Part shown: in pieces, positions 17,098 to 27,615 of the stretch
Layout: each line of letters begins with the position of its first letter
How positions within the stretch are numbered: the first letter of the stretch is position 1
From: Acidobacteriota bacterium
GTDB taxonomy: Bacteria; Acidobacteriota; UBA6911; RPQK01
NCBI GenBank assembly: GCA_035593865.1
Contig: DAOTAI010000004.1
Location: 1 to 34,836, forward strand
Length of the DNA: 34,836 nt
Direction: 5' to 3'
Program-made: the position numbers and the translations under genes
Notes under the pieces: generated by a model
What the model saw: only the letters and a program-made list of their open reading frames with translations
Databases searched by the model: none
Told to the model about the DNA's origin: nothing

Positions 17098-17137
17098 GGT
17101 AAGCGGGCGGCCTCCAGGAGCGAAGGCGGGCCTGGGG

Positions 17138-17166
17138 TTGCACGCCCCGGTTGTTGAGTGTAACCT
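17138..17166 (+). promoter_or_regulatory. Candidate sigma70-type promoter for the glgE operon: TTGCAC, 17 nt, TAACCT
   Basis: The -35 is at 17138-17143 and the -10 at 17161-17166, about 33 nt upstream of the glgE ATG. Pattern match only. Confidence 0.3.
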
Positions 17167-17198
17167 CGAAATAAAGCCCGTCTAAGCAGTTCAGCTCC

Positions 17199-19214
17199 AT
17201 GCACAAACTGGTGGCCCGGGAGATACCGGCAACTGGAAGATGTCGAGTTGTAATTGAGGCTCTGACTCCGGAGATCGATTGCGGGCGAGTCCCAATCAAG
17301 CGCGTGGTGGGCGAGACGGTCGCAGTGGAGGCCGATATTTTCGTCGATGGGCACGACCGGATCTCGGCCGTTCTTTTGTTCAGGCCTCTTGGTGAAGCTG
17401 ATTGGTTTGAGACTCCCTTCCGGGAACTCCGAAATGACCGCTGGCGGGCCGAATTCACCGTCGACAGACTGGGCCGCTACGAATACTCGGCCGAAGCATG
17501 GGTCGATCATTTCGCAACTTGGCGATGGGATCTCCGCAAAAGGGTGGAAGCCGGACAGGTTACGGCAACCGATCTGCTGATCGGAAGCCGATTAGTCCAG
17601 CAGGCGCTCGAGCGGGCCCAGGCAGACGACCGCCGGCGGCTAAAGAGGTGGGCCGATTCAATGACATTGGTGACGGATCCGGGCGAGGCGGCGCACCTGG
17701 CCTTGGCGGACGAACTGCTCGATCTCATGTGTCGGTACCCAGACCGAACTCTCAGCACAAGGTATGGGAAGAACCTGCCGGTCGTGGTCGACCCAGAGAG
17801 GGCTCGGTTCAGCTCCTGGTATGAGCTGTTCCCCAGATCTGCCAGTCCGAGTCCCGATCGTCACGGTACTTTTCGAGATGTTGAGAACCAACTGCCCAGA
17901 CTGGCCAGGATGGGGTTCGACGTGCTCTATCTTCCCCCCATACATCCCATCGGACAAACTAATCGCAAAGGAAAGAACAACACACCGGTCCCTGATCCCA
18001 CCGACGTTGGCAGTCCCTGGGCCATTGGTTCGCAGGCGGGCGGCCACAAAACCGTGGATCCTCATCTGGGGACCCTGGAGGACTTCCGTTCGCTTGTCAG
18101 CAAAGCCAAGGAGCAGGGAATCGACATCGCGCTGGATATCGCCTTTCAGTGTTCGCCGGATCATCCATATACCGCTGAGCATCCGGAATGGTTCCGGCAC
18201 AGGCCGGACGGGACGATCCAGTACGCCGAGAATCCACCTAAGAAATATGAGGATATTTATCCTTTCGACTTTGAGACAACCGAGTGGGAAGCGTTATGGC
18301 AAGAGCTTAAGGACGTCGTTTTCTTTTGGATTGACCAGGGAGTACGGATTTTCAGAGTGGATAATCCCCACACCAAACCTTTTCAGTTCTGGACATGGCT
18401 GATTGATGAGGTCAAGTCGCAGTATCCCGAAGTAATTTTCCTCTCAGAAGCCTTTACGCGCCCGAGAATCATGTACCATCTGGCTAAAGTCGGTTTTACG
18501 CAGTCGTACACCTATTTCCCGTGGCGAAATACGGCCTGGGAACTGCGTCAATATCATGCTCAATTAACGAAAACCGAAGTTCGGGAGTATTTTCGACCGA
18601 ACTCCTGGCCCAATACGCCGGACATTCTGACCGAGTACCTCCAAACCGGTGGCAGGCCCGCTTTCATGGCAAGGCTTGTACTGGCCGCCACCCTAACCGC
18701 AAACTACGGGATTTACGGCCCGGCATATGAAGTCTGTGAGAACCGTCCGCGCGAGCCGGGCAGTGAGGAGTATCTCGACTCGGAGAAGTACCAGATCCGG
18801 CACTGGGCGAGCGAAAGCCATAAGGAGAATATTTCCGATTTCATTGCACTGATTAACCGCATTCGCAGAGAAAATCGGGCGCTCCAGAGCGACTGGAGTC
18901 TCTGTTTTTACGACTGTGACAACCCCCAGATCCTGTGTTACTCGAAACGGACTGATGATTTCTTGAATGTCATATTGGTGGTTGTCAACCTCGACCCGCA
19001 TCATGCTCAGGCAGGTTGGATTGAGGCTCCGCCTGAACAGATGGGAATTGAGCAGAAGGATGCCTATCAGGTCCACGACCTGATCAGCGGGGCCAGATAC
19101 CTGTTTCAGGGCCGCCGCAACTTCGTTTCCCTCGATCCCGTCAGAGTCCCGGCTCACATCTTCCGAGTGCGGAGAAAAGTGAGGTCGGAACGTGATTTTG
19201 AATATTACTTGTGA
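17199..19214 (+). CDS. glgE: Alpha-1,4-glucan:maltose-1-phosphate maltosyltransferase
   Basis: GlgE-specific N-terminal domain (IEALTPEIDCGRVPIKRVVGE..VEADIF.DGHD). GH13_3 motifs DVLYLPPIHPIG, FRVDNPHTKPFQFW and FLSEAFTRP. Confidence 0.9.
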   Translation: MHKLVAREIPATGRCRVVIEALTPEIDCGRVPIKRVVGETVAVEADIFVDGHDRISAVLLFRPLGEADWFETPFRELRNDRWRAEFTVDRLGRYEYSAEAWVDHFATWRWDLRKRVEAGQVTATDLLIGSRLVQQALERAQADDRRRLKRWADSMTLVTDPGEAAHLALADELLDLMCRYPDRTLSTRYGKNLPVVVDPERARFSSWYELFPRSASPSPDRHGTFRDVENQLPRLARMGFDVLYLPPIHPIGQTNRKGKNNTPVPDPTDVGSPWAIGSQAGGHKTVDPHLGTLEDFRSLVSKAKEQGIDIALDIAFQCSPDHPYTAEHPEWFRHRPDGTIQYAENPPKKYEDIYPFDFETTEWEALWQELKDVVFFWIDQGVRIFRVDNPHTKPFQFWTWLIDEVKSQYPEVIFLSEAFTRPRIMYHLAKVGFTQSYTYFPWRNTAWELRQYHAQLTKTEVREYFRPNSWPNTPDILTEYLQTGGRPAFMARLVLAATLTANYGIYGPAYEVCENRPREPGSEEYLDSEKYQIRHWASESHKENISDFIALINRIRRENRALQSDWSLCFYDCDNPQILCYSKRTDDFLNVILVVVNLDPHHAQAGWIEAPPEQMGIEQKDAYQVHDLISGARYLFQGRRNFVSLDPVRVPAHIFRVRRKVRSERDFEYYL

Positions 19215-19273
19215 CAGACACCGGGTCTTTCTTGACGCTGTTGTGAGAGTTCCTGGGTCGGCCTGCTCCGTTT

Positions 19274-22200
19274 ATGTCAACTGACAGCCTCTGGTACAAA
19301 GACGCGATCATTTACGAACTGCACGTACGTTCTTTTAACGACGCCAACGGCGATGGAATCGGAGATTTTGCGGGCTTGACTCAAAAACTCGATTACCTCC
19401 AGGACCTGGGCATAACAGCAATCTGGCTTCTGCCTTTCTACCCATCGCCACTGCGAGATGACGGGTACGATATTGCGGATTACAAAGACGTCCATCCAGC
19501 CTACGGAACGCTGCGCGATTTCAAGCACTTTCTGAAGGAGGCACACGGGCGTGGTTTGCGCGTGATAACGGAACTGGTCTTGAATCACACGTCAGATCAG
19601 CATCCGTGGTTTCAGCGAGCGCGGCGTGCTCGGCGAGGAACCAGTGCCCGGGACTTTTACGTCTGGACGGACGATCCCCGCAAGTTTTCCGAGGCGCGCA
19701 TTATCTTCAAGGATTTTGAATCGTCGAACTGGAGCTGGGACCCGGTTGCCGGCTCTTATTACTGGCACCGTTTTTACTCGCACCAGCCGGATCTGAATTA
19801 CGACAACCCGGCCGTTCACCGCGCGGTTCTCAACGCGCTCGATTTCTGGCTCGATATGGGGGTGGACGGGATGCGTTTGGACGCGATTCCATATCTTTAC
19901 GAGCGGGAAGGAACGAACTGCGAGAATCTGCCTGAAACACATGCTTTTTTGAAAAAGCTGCGCGCCCACCTGGACAGGAAATACAACGATCGCATGTTGC
20001 TTGGAGAGGCAAATCAATGGCCGGAGGATTCGGCTGCCTACTTCGGAAACGGTGACGAATGCCATATGGCGTTTCACTTTCCCCTGATGCCGAGGCTTTT
20101 TATGGCCATTCGGACAGAGGACCGTTTTCCGATCATCGATATCATGGACCAGACTCCCGCTATCCCGGAAACCGCCCAGTGGGCGCTGTTTCTTCGCAAT
20201 CATGACGAATTGACTCTGGAGATGGTGACCGATGAAGAGCGGGATTACATGTACAGGGTCTATGCGAGCGATCCCCAGGCTCGTATCAACCTCGGAATCC
20301 GCCGCCGGTTGGCGCCGCTGCTCGGCAATCATCGCCGCAAGATCGAGTTAATGAAAGGATTGCTCTTTTCGCTTCCAGGAACTCCGGTGCTTTACTACGG
20401 CGACGAGATCGGGATGGGGGACAATATCTATCTCGGCGACCGGAACGGTGTTCGAACACCGATGCAATGGGGGCCCGACCGGAATGCCGGATTCTCGCGG
20501 TCAAATCCGCAGCGCCTTTATCTTCCTGTGATCATTGACCCTGAGTACCATCACGAATCGGTCAACGTTGAGGCTCAACAAAACAACCCTCATTCTCTGC
20601 TTTGGTGGACCAAACGGCTGATCGGGTTTCGGAAACGATTGAGAGCCTTTGGTCGTGGCAGCATCGAATTTCTCTATCCGGCCAATCCGAAAATCCTGGC
20701 CTTCATTCGCCGTTTTGAAGAGGAGACGGTCTTGGTGCTGGCGAACCTCTCGCGATTCGTCCAGTGCGCCCAGTTGGACCTGTCCTCCTTTGCAGGTAAG
20801 CATCTTGTCGAAATTTTCGGTCAGACCGTCTTTCCTCCGGTTGCGGAGCAACCATACTTCTTTACCTTGGGTCCGCATACGTTTTACTGGTTCGGGATTC
20901 GTGAGGTGAAGGATGAGGTGAGAGTAGCAAGCAGAACGGAAATCCCGATTCTGACTGAAGTACGGACTTGGAGCGAGATCTTGAAAGGGAGGCGGCGTCC
21001 GAGCTTTGAAGCGATGCTTCCAGAATATCTGGAAACCAGGCGCTGGTTTGGCGGGAAAGCTCGTAAGATCCGGTCAGCGCGGATTCAGGAAGTGGTTTCT
21101 TTCCCCTATGACGACTCCCGTGCATACCTGTGTTTTGTCCTGGTGGAATATGTTCAAGGCGATGGGGAAATCTACCTCCTGCCCCTCAATTTCGCCTCCG
21201 GCGGGAAAAGCCAGGAGATCATAGAGGAAAACTCCCAGGCTGTGGTGGCGCGGTTGGCGGGCGGCCGGGCGGGAGAGGCGGAAACGCTCGTTTATGAGCC
21301 CATTTTCGATCCTGGATTTGCGAACGCCCTTCTGCGCTTCATGCGAGCCCGGCGGTCCCTTCGCGGAGACAATGGTGAAATCCAGGGATGGACGATCCGA
21401 AAGGCCAGGCAATTGACGGGATCGCTGGAGGAGTTGGTGCCTGCGGCGATCCACGCGGAGCAGACCAACACATCAGTTATTTTTGGCCAGCAGTTCATCC
21501 TGAAGCTCTTTCGCAAGCTCGAGCCGGGCATCAACCCCGAGCTCGAAATCGGGCGCTTTCTGACCGAACGGGGCTTCGAGCACGTCCCGCGGGTTGTTGG
21601 TGCAATTGAATATGCAAAAGCCCCCGATCAGCCGATCAGTGTGGCCATCCTGCAGGAATACGTTCCCAACCAGGGAGACGCCTGGGATTACACGCTGGAG
21701 GTTCTGAAGCGGTATTTCGAGCGTGTATTGGCGAGGTCCGTACACGAAAAGCAGAGACTTGTGAAAAGTCCCCGGGGTTCACCGTTCAAACTGCTCGACA
21801 GCGAGGTTCCCGAGGAGATGCTCGAGATCATCGGAACTTATCTGGAATCAGCGCGTCTTTTGGGTGAACGAACCGGCGAGATGCATTTGGTCCTCGCCTC
21901 GGAAAAGGACAACCCGGATTTTTCCGCGGAAGCATTTACGACGCTGTCGCAGCGTTCCCTGTTCCAGTCTTTGCGAACTCTCACTACCCAGGTGCTGGGA
22001 CTTCTTCGGTCACGCCTCTCCGTGTTGCCGGAATCCATCCGGGAACAAGCCGAATCCCTTTCTCTGAAAAGTGATTCGATCATGGCGATCTTTAAGTCGC
22101 TCCTGGGTCAGAGAATCAATGCTTTCCGCATTCGGATTCACGGTGACTACCACTTGGGGCAGGTGCTGTACACCGGCAAAGATTTCGTGATCATCGATTT

Positions 22201-22603
22201 TGAAGGCGAGCCGGCGAGGCCACTCGGGGAACGTCGGCTCAAGCATTCCCCCTTGCGGGATGTCGCCGGTATGTTGCGCTCGTTTGACTACGCCGTTCAT
22301 AAGGCTCTCAGGGTCCAGCAGGAGAGTGGTTTGATCCGGAAGGAGGATGAATCGGTACTGGAGCCCCTGGCCGGAGTCTGGTTCACCTGGGTTTCAGTCG
22401 TGTTTCTCAAAGCGTATCTCGCCATTGCGTCGCCGGGCGGTTTCCTGCCCGAAAATCCCGCTCACCTGCGGCTGCTCCTGAGGATTCTTCTGCTCGAGAA
22501 GGCCATCTACGAACTCGGCTATGAGCTCAACAATCGGCCAGACTGGGCGTCGATCCCTATAAGCGGGATTCACCGATTAATTGGAAGTCCTGAGGAGGAT
22601 TGA
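19274..22603 (+). CDS. treS: Trehalose synthase fused to maltokinase (TreS-Pep2/Mak), 1109 aa
   Basis: N-terminal half: WYKDAIIYELHVRSFNDANGDGIGDF, GVDGMRLDAIPYL, LGEANQWPED, FLRNHDELTLE. C-terminal half: kinase motifs IHGDYHLGQVLY and VIIDFEGEP, typical of Pep2 maltokinase. Confidence 0.9.
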   Translation: MSTDSLWYKDAIIYELHVRSFNDANGDGIGDFAGLTQKLDYLQDLGITAIWLLPFYPSPLRDDGYDIADYKDVHPAYGTLRDFKHFLKEAHGRGLRVITELVLNHTSDQHPWFQRARRARRGTSARDFYVWTDDPRKFSEARIIFKDFESSNWSWDPVAGSYYWHRFYSHQPDLNYDNPAVHRAVLNALDFWLDMGVDGMRLDAIPYLYEREGTNCENLPETHAFLKKLRAHLDRKYNDRMLLGEANQWPEDSAAYFGNGDECHMAFHFPLMPRLFMAIRTEDRFPIIDIMDQTPAIPETAQWALFLRNHDELTLEMVTDEERDYMYRVYASDPQARINLGIRRRLAPLLGNHRRKIELMKGLLFSLPGTPVLYYGDEIGMGDNIYLGDRNGVRTPMQWGPDRNAGFSRSNPQRLYLPVIIDPEYHHESVNVEAQQNNPHSLLWWTKRLIGFRKRLRAFGRGSIEFLYPANPKILAFIRRFEEETVLVLANLSRFVQCAQLDLSSFAGKHLVEIFGQTVFPPVAEQPYFFTLGPHTFYWFGIREVKDEVRVASRTEIPILTEVRTWSEILKGRRRPSFEAMLPEYLETRRWFGGKARKIRSARIQEVVSFPYDDSRAYLCFVLVEYVQGDGEIYLLPLNFASGGKSQEIIEENSQAVVARLAGGRAGEAETLVYEPIFDPGFANALLRFMRARRSLRGDNGEIQGWTIRKARQLTGSLEELVPAAIHAEQTNTSVIFGQQFILKLFRKLEPGINPELEIGRFLTERGFEHVPRVVGAIEYAKAPDQPISVAILQEYVPNQGDAWDYTLEVLKRYFERVLARSVHEKQRLVKSPRGSPFKLLDSEVPEEMLEIIGTYLESARLLGERTGEMHLVLASEKDNPDFSAEAFTTLSQRSLFQSLRTLTTQVLGLLRSRLSVLPESIREQAESLSLKSDSIMAIFKSLLGQRINAFRIRIHGDYHLGQVLYTGKDFVIIDFEGEPARPLGERRLKHSPLRDVAGMLRSFDYAVHKALRVQQESGLIRKEDESVLEPLAGVWFTWVSVVFLKAYLAIASPGGFLPENPAHLRLLLRILLLEKAIYELGYELNNRPDWASIPISGIHRLIGSPEED

Positions 22604-22621
22604 CACGGAGGCTTATCCGTT

Positions 22622-24535
22622 ATGACCACGAGTGCTGAAGAGGCGACACTCCTGAGCAGCGACGACTTTCATTATCTGAAGGAAGGAAAACATCTGCGTT
22701 TGTATTGGAAACTCGGGTCTCACCTCGGGACAGTTGACAGCCGGCCGGGAACTTTCTTTAGCGTCTGGGCGCCAAATGCCGAGCGGGTTTCGATCATAGG
22801 TAATTTCAACGAATGGTCCAAGGAGACACACCTGATGACTCAACGAGGCGACTCGGGGATCTGGGAAGCCTTTGTTGAGGATATCGGCCGGGGAACCGTC
22901 TACAAATACCACGTGGTTTCGCGTCATTCTGGGCATCGGGCGGACAAATCGGATCCTTTCGCCTTCCACACCGAGGTGCCGCCCGCAACCGCTTCAATCG
23001 TGTGGGACCTGGAATACGAGTGGAACGACAGAGACTGGCTCAAGGATCGAGCTCATAGGCAGGATTTGGCTGCGCCAATTTCGATTTACGAAGTCCACCT
23101 TGGCTCCTGGATGAGGGTGCCTGAAGAGAACAATCGTTTTCTCACTTACGTGGAGTTGGCGGACAGGCTGGCAGAGTACGTAAGCCGGCTCGGGTTTACC
23201 CATGTCGAATTCCTTCCCGTTATGGAGCATCCGTTCTACGGTTCCTGGGGCTACCAGACCACCGGCTATTTTGCTCCGACCAGCCGTTACGGCACTCCCC
23301 AGGATTTCATGTACCTGATCGATGTTCTCCATCAGCACGATATTGGCGTAATCCTGGACTGGGTGCCGTCACATTTCCCGAGCGATGAGCACGGCCTGGC
23401 CTTTTTCGACGGCACCCATCTGTATGAACACGCCGACCCGCGCCGAGGGATCCATCCCGAGTGGAACACGCACCTCTTCGACTACGCGCGACCAGAGGTG
23501 CAAAGCTTTCTTCTCAGCAGCGCTTTCTTCTGGCTGGACGTTTATCACGTCGACGCATTGCGTGTGGATGCGGTGGCTTCCATGTTGTATCTCGACTATG
23601 GCCGCAAGCCCGGGGAATGGGTCCCAAACGAGCACGGCGGAAGGGAAAACCTGGACGCCGTGGCATTTCTAAGGCGTTTCAACGAGGAAGTTTACCGATG
23701 GTACCCGGGAGTTCAGACCATTGCTGAAGAATCGACCGCCTGGCCGGCTGTTTCAAGACCGACCTATGTCGGAGGACTTGGCTTCGGTTACAAATGGGAC
23801 ATGGGATGGATGCACGATACCCTGAAGTACATGTCGCAGGATCCTTTCTACCGCAGATACCATCACGACAAGCTGACTTTTCGAATGATGTACGCCTTTC
23901 AGGAAAACTATATCCTCCCTCTGTCGCATGACGAAGTCGTTCACGGAACAGGATCCTTGCTGAGCAAAATGCCGGGGGACGAGTGGCGTAGGCATGCTAA
24001 CCTGCGCACGCTGTTCGGTTACATGTATGGTCTGGGCGCCAAGAAGCTGCTTTTCATGGGCGGCGAATTCGGACAGTGGCGGGAATGGGATCATGATGGA
24101 AGTCTTGACTGGCACCTACTCGAGTTCCCCAGCCATCAGCAGCTGCAAGACTGGGTGCGTGACTTGAATCAGGTCTATCGCCGCGAGCCGGCATTGTACG
24201 AAATCGATTTCGAGCCTTCGGGGTTTGAGTGGGTGGATTGTTGCGATACCGAATCCAGTACGATCAGTTTCCTTCGGCACGCCCGAACCAATCAGGACCT
24301 GATTCTGGTTGTCTGCAATTTCACACCTCTCCCGCGTTTTAACTATCAACTGGGAGTGCCGCGGGGCGGGTTCTGGCGGGAAATCCTGAACAGCGATGCC
24401 CATTATTACGGGGGGAGCGGACACGGAAATCTGGGAGGCGTCGAGGCCGCTCCAATTTACTCACACAACCGCCCGCACACTCTGAACCTGACCGTCCCGC
24501 CGCTGGCCGTGATCATGCTTAAGAGCGAGGCATAG
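22622..24535 (+). CDS. glgB: 1,4-alpha-glucan branching enzyme (short form, 637 aa)
   Basis: GH13_9 motifs VILDWVPSHF, DALRVDAVASMLY, IAEESTAWP and LSHDEVVHG. Confidence 0.9.
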   Translation: MTTSAEEATLLSSDDFHYLKEGKHLRLYWKLGSHLGTVDSRPGTFFSVWAPNAERVSIIGNFNEWSKETHLMTQRGDSGIWEAFVEDIGRGTVYKYHVVSRHSGHRADKSDPFAFHTEVPPATASIVWDLEYEWNDRDWLKDRAHRQDLAAPISIYEVHLGSWMRVPEENNRFLTYVELADRLAEYVSRLGFTHVEFLPVMEHPFYGSWGYQTTGYFAPTSRYGTPQDFMYLIDVLHQHDIGVILDWVPSHFPSDEHGLAFFDGTHLYEHADPRRGIHPEWNTHLFDYARPEVQSFLLSSAFFWLDVYHVDALRVDAVASMLYLDYGRKPGEWVPNEHGGRENLDAVAFLRRFNEEVYRWYPGVQTIAEESTAWPAVSRPTYVGGLGFGYKWDMGWMHDTLKYMSQDPFYRRYHHDKLTFRMMYAFQENYILPLSHDEVVHGTGSLLSKMPGDEWRRHANLRTLFGYMYGLGAKKLLFMGGEFGQWREWDHDGSLDWHLLEFPSHQQLQDWVRDLNQVYRREPALYEIDFEPSGFEWVDCCDTESSTISFLRHARTNQDLILVVCNFTPLPRFNYQLGVPRGGFWREILNSDAHYYGGSGHGNLGGVEAAPIYSHNRPHTLNLTVPPLAVIMLKSEA

Positions 24536-24637
24536 TTCCGAGATGCCTCCGGCGCCCACGAGAGTGCTGGTCTTCTCCCGGACGCTTTCGTCGGTGTTCT
24601 CCGTTGCCTGGCAGGAACGAATGAAGGAGGTCTTCCC

Positions 24638-27535
24638 ATGAGGACACCGTCGTCGACTTATCGCCTTCAGTTTCATAAGGACTTCCGATTTGAGGACGCC
24701 CGGAAGCTTGTCGACTACTTTGACAAGCTGGGGATTACCGATCTTTACAGTTCGCCGATATTTCAGGCACGACCTGGCAGCACGCATGGTTACGACGTGG
24801 TTGATCCGACATCCGTAAACCAGGAACTGGGCGGGCGGGCGGAGTTAAATCTTCTGGCAGGGGAGCTCCGGTCTCGAGGCATGGGTTTGTTGCTCGACAT
24901 CGTCCCCAATCATATGGCGGTCAGCCTGGACAACCCCTGGTGGTATGACATCCTGGAAAACGGGAGACGATCACCTTATGCAGATTACTTCGATATTGAT
25001 TGGAACCCAGCCTCAGGCATTGCCGAGAACAAGGTGATACTCCCGATTCTTCGGACCGTGTACGCGGAGGCGCTTGAAGGTCAGCGGTTAAGGCTCTTCC
25101 TGGATGACAAAGGGATTGCCATTCGCTACTATGGCCTGCGTCTTCCACTCGAGTTGGCCACCACCCGTCAGATTCTTACTCATCGCTTGGAGAGTTTCGA
25201 GGACCGGGAAGCAAAAGCGGCCATAGTGGATATCAGCGCGGCTATCAACGAATGGTCGAAGACCCAGTCCGAACTTTCGCAGTCGAACGTCCCGGTCGAC
25301 GATGCTTCAGAGGATCTCCCTCATAACACGATGCCGGTAGTCGACCCCGAAGAAACCCGCCAGACGGGTCAGGTGATTCGGACCATGTTGTGGGAGGTCT
25401 ACAGCAATAATCCAGAAGCCAGGGCTTTTCTTGATCACAACATCGCTCTGTTCAACGGTCGTAAAGGAGAGCCGGAAAGCTTCAACCTGCTTGACGCACT
25501 CTTGAATTCCCAGTGGTATCGCCTGAGTTTCTGGCGGACGGCTTTGGACAACATCAACTACCGCCGGTTTTTTAACATCAGTGACTTGATCAGCTTGCGG
25601 ACGGAACAGCCGGAAGTATTCGATTCCACTCATCGTCTCGTCTTCGAGTTGCTTAGGGAAGGACATCTGTCCGGCCTGCGCATTGATCACATCGACGGGC
25701 TTCGGGATCCGCACGAGTACCTGGACCGACTCCAGAGTGTCTGGCGCAGGATGGCTCGAGAGGCTGACCAGGCAGAAACCGATCTTTACATCGTTATCGA
25801 AAAAATCCTTTCGGGGGAGGAAGATCTCCCGGATGCACTGGGGGCATGCGGCACTACCGGCTACGACTACCTGAACGTGCTAAATCGTCTCTTTTTGGAA
25901 CCCGAGGGGCTGACCAGGCTGGAACGGTTTTATTCGGAGTTCACCGGTCTTTCTTCGAGCTTCCAAGATGTCGAGTATGAGAAGAAGAAACTGGTGATCG
26001 GCCGGAAGTTCTATTCCGAGTTTATGGCTCTCAAAGACCAGTTCGACCGGATCGCAAACCGTGATCGATATGGTCGGGACCTGTCTCGCCGCGAACTCGA
26101 AAAAACCCTTCTCGAAGCCACTGCCTGTCTCCCCGTTTACCGTACATATGTGCGTTCATTTTCGGTCTCCGAACAAGATAAGCAGGTTCTGGACCGAACA
26201 TTCGCCATGGTAAGAGCCAGGAATCCTCTCTTAAGCGCAGCGGCTCAGAGATTTCTCAAACGGGTTTTGACTCTGGATTTCACGTCGGCCGCGACCGAAG
26301 ACGACAAGCACCGCTGGCTGGCTTTTGTAATGCGCTGGCAACAGTTCACCGGACCGGTGGCAGCTAAGGGTGTGGAAGACAGTGCCCTTTACTCCTACAA
26401 CTGCCTCATTTCTCTGAATGAGGTCGGGAGCGACCCGGCGGCCGGAAGCGTCTCCCCCACGGAGTTCCACCGATACAATCAGAAAAGACTCGAGCGTTGG
26501 CCCTCTTCCATGAACGCGACTTCCACTCACGATACCAAGCGCGGTGAAGATGCACGAGCCAGATTGAACGTTTTATCGGAGATGTCGGAGAGCTGGACAC
26601 GAAAGGTTGGGCAATGGTCGCGCTGGAACCGGAAGTTCCGCCGCGAAATTGATGGCAAGACACTTCCGGATGATAACCAGGAAATCATGCTTTACCAAAC
26701 GCTCGTCTCATCCTGGCCTCTTCTTGAAAAGGAGATGCCGGAATGGAAGGATCGTCTCGAGGGCTACGTTGAGAAAGCGATGCGCGAGGCGCAGGCGTAC
26801 AGCAACTGGCGGCGACCAAATGAAGCCAACGAGAGCGCCGTCAAGGAGTTCATGATGCGCATCCTGACAAAGTCGCGCTCTAATCACTTCCTTTCGGACT
26901 TTCTCGACTTCGAGCGCGAAGTCGCCTTTTTCGGGGCCCTCAACGGACTCTCCCAGGTCCTCCTCAAGATCGTATCCCCCGGGGTCCCGGACTTCTTCCA
27001 GGGGACCGAAATGTGGAACCTGGCCATGGTGGACCCCGACAATAGACGCCCGATCGACTTTCGTACTCGAATCATGCACTTGGAGAGAATTCTTGCTGCC
27101 GGGGAGGGGATAAGAGACCTGGCGGCCGAATACCTGGCCGACTGGAAAAGCGGTGCCATCAAGCTTCTGGTGACCTCCCGATTTCTGAACTTTAGGCGCG
27201 AAAACAGGGATCTGTTTGAAGCGGGAAGCTACGCGGGCGCGGAGACCTCGGGGCAGCGTCGTGAATTTCTTTGCGCTATCCTGCGTAGCCATGCAGAAAA
27301 GTGGGTTCTTGCCGCCGTTCCAAGACTAGTAACCAACCTGGTCCACCATGGACAGTTCCCGACAGGGCAAGACGTCTGGCAGGACACGGTCATTATGCTA
27401 CCCAGCGAAGCGCCGGCCAATTGGCGGAACATCTTGACCGGGGAACAGGTGAGCGCTCGCTCGGCCGGTCCGAACCAGGTCCTGGATGCCTCCGCCGTCT
27501 TCGAGACCTTGCCGGTCGCCGCCCTGTCCGCCTGA
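24638..27535 (+). CDS. treY: Malto-oligosyltrehalose synthase
   Basis: TYRLQFHKDFRFEDARKLVDYFDKLGITDLYSSPIFQARPGSTHGYDVVD, LLLDIVPNHM, GLRIDHIDGLRDP and TSTHDTKRGEDARAR. GGAGG lies upstream of the ATG. Confidence 0.9.
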   Translation: MRTPSSTYRLQFHKDFRFEDARKLVDYFDKLGITDLYSSPIFQARPGSTHGYDVVDPTSVNQELGGRAELNLLAGELRSRGMGLLLDIVPNHMAVSLDNPWWYDILENGRRSPYADYFDIDWNPASGIAENKVILPILRTVYAEALEGQRLRLFLDDKGIAIRYYGLRLPLELATTRQILTHRLESFEDREAKAAIVDISAAINEWSKTQSELSQSNVPVDDASEDLPHNTMPVVDPEETRQTGQVIRTMLWEVYSNNPEARAFLDHNIALFNGRKGEPESFNLLDALLNSQWYRLSFWRTALDNINYRRFFNISDLISLRTEQPEVFDSTHRLVFELLREGHLSGLRIDHIDGLRDPHEYLDRLQSVWRRMAREADQAETDLYIVIEKILSGEEDLPDALGACGTTGYDYLNVLNRLFLEPEGLTRLERFYSEFTGLSSSFQDVEYEKKKLVIGRKFYSEFMALKDQFDRIANRDRYGRDLSRRELEKTLLEATACLPVYRTYVRSFSVSEQDKQVLDRTFAMVRARNPLLSAAAQRFLKRVLTLDFTSAATEDDKHRWLAFVMRWQQFTGPVAAKGVEDSALYSYNCLISLNEVGSDPAAGSVSPTEFHRYNQKRLERWPSSMNATSTHDTKRGEDARARLNVLSEMSESWTRKVGQWSRWNRKFRREIDGKTLPDDNQEIMLYQTLVSSWPLLEKEMPEWKDRLEGYVEKAMREAQAYSNWRRPNEANESAVKEFMMRILTKSRSNHFLSDFLDFEREVAFFGALNGLSQVLLKIVSPGVPDFFQGTEMWNLAMVDPDNRRPIDFRTRIMHLERILAAGEGIRDLAAEYLADWKSGAIKLLVTSRFLNFRRENRDLFEAGSYAGAETSGQRREFLCAILRSHAEKWVLAAVPRLVTNLVHHGQFPTGQDVWQDTVIMLPSEAPANWRNILTGEQVSARSAGPNQVLDASAVFETLPVAALSA

Positions 27536-27615
27536 AATTTGGGAACATTGCCCCGAAGTTAAAAAGTGAAAGAGTAGACTCGACTGTCCGCGAATTTACC
27601 GGTTATTCTCCTGAT

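Noticed and set aside
16883-17510. 191-aa and 143-aa minus-strand ORFs spanning the glgX/glgE intergenic region
   Set aside because: They run through the family B repeat and antisense into glgE. Their Arg/Ser/Pro-rich sequence is low complexity, with no start context.
19592-20332. 246-aa minus-strand ORF
   Set aside because: It is antisense to the catalytic core of treS and has no recognisable domain.
27301-27615. N-terminal 105-codon extension of the M28 peptidase ORF
   Set aside because: It overlaps the treY 3' end by 235 nt and is Arg/Gly-rich. The internal Met at 27616 is followed by a canonical signal peptide.
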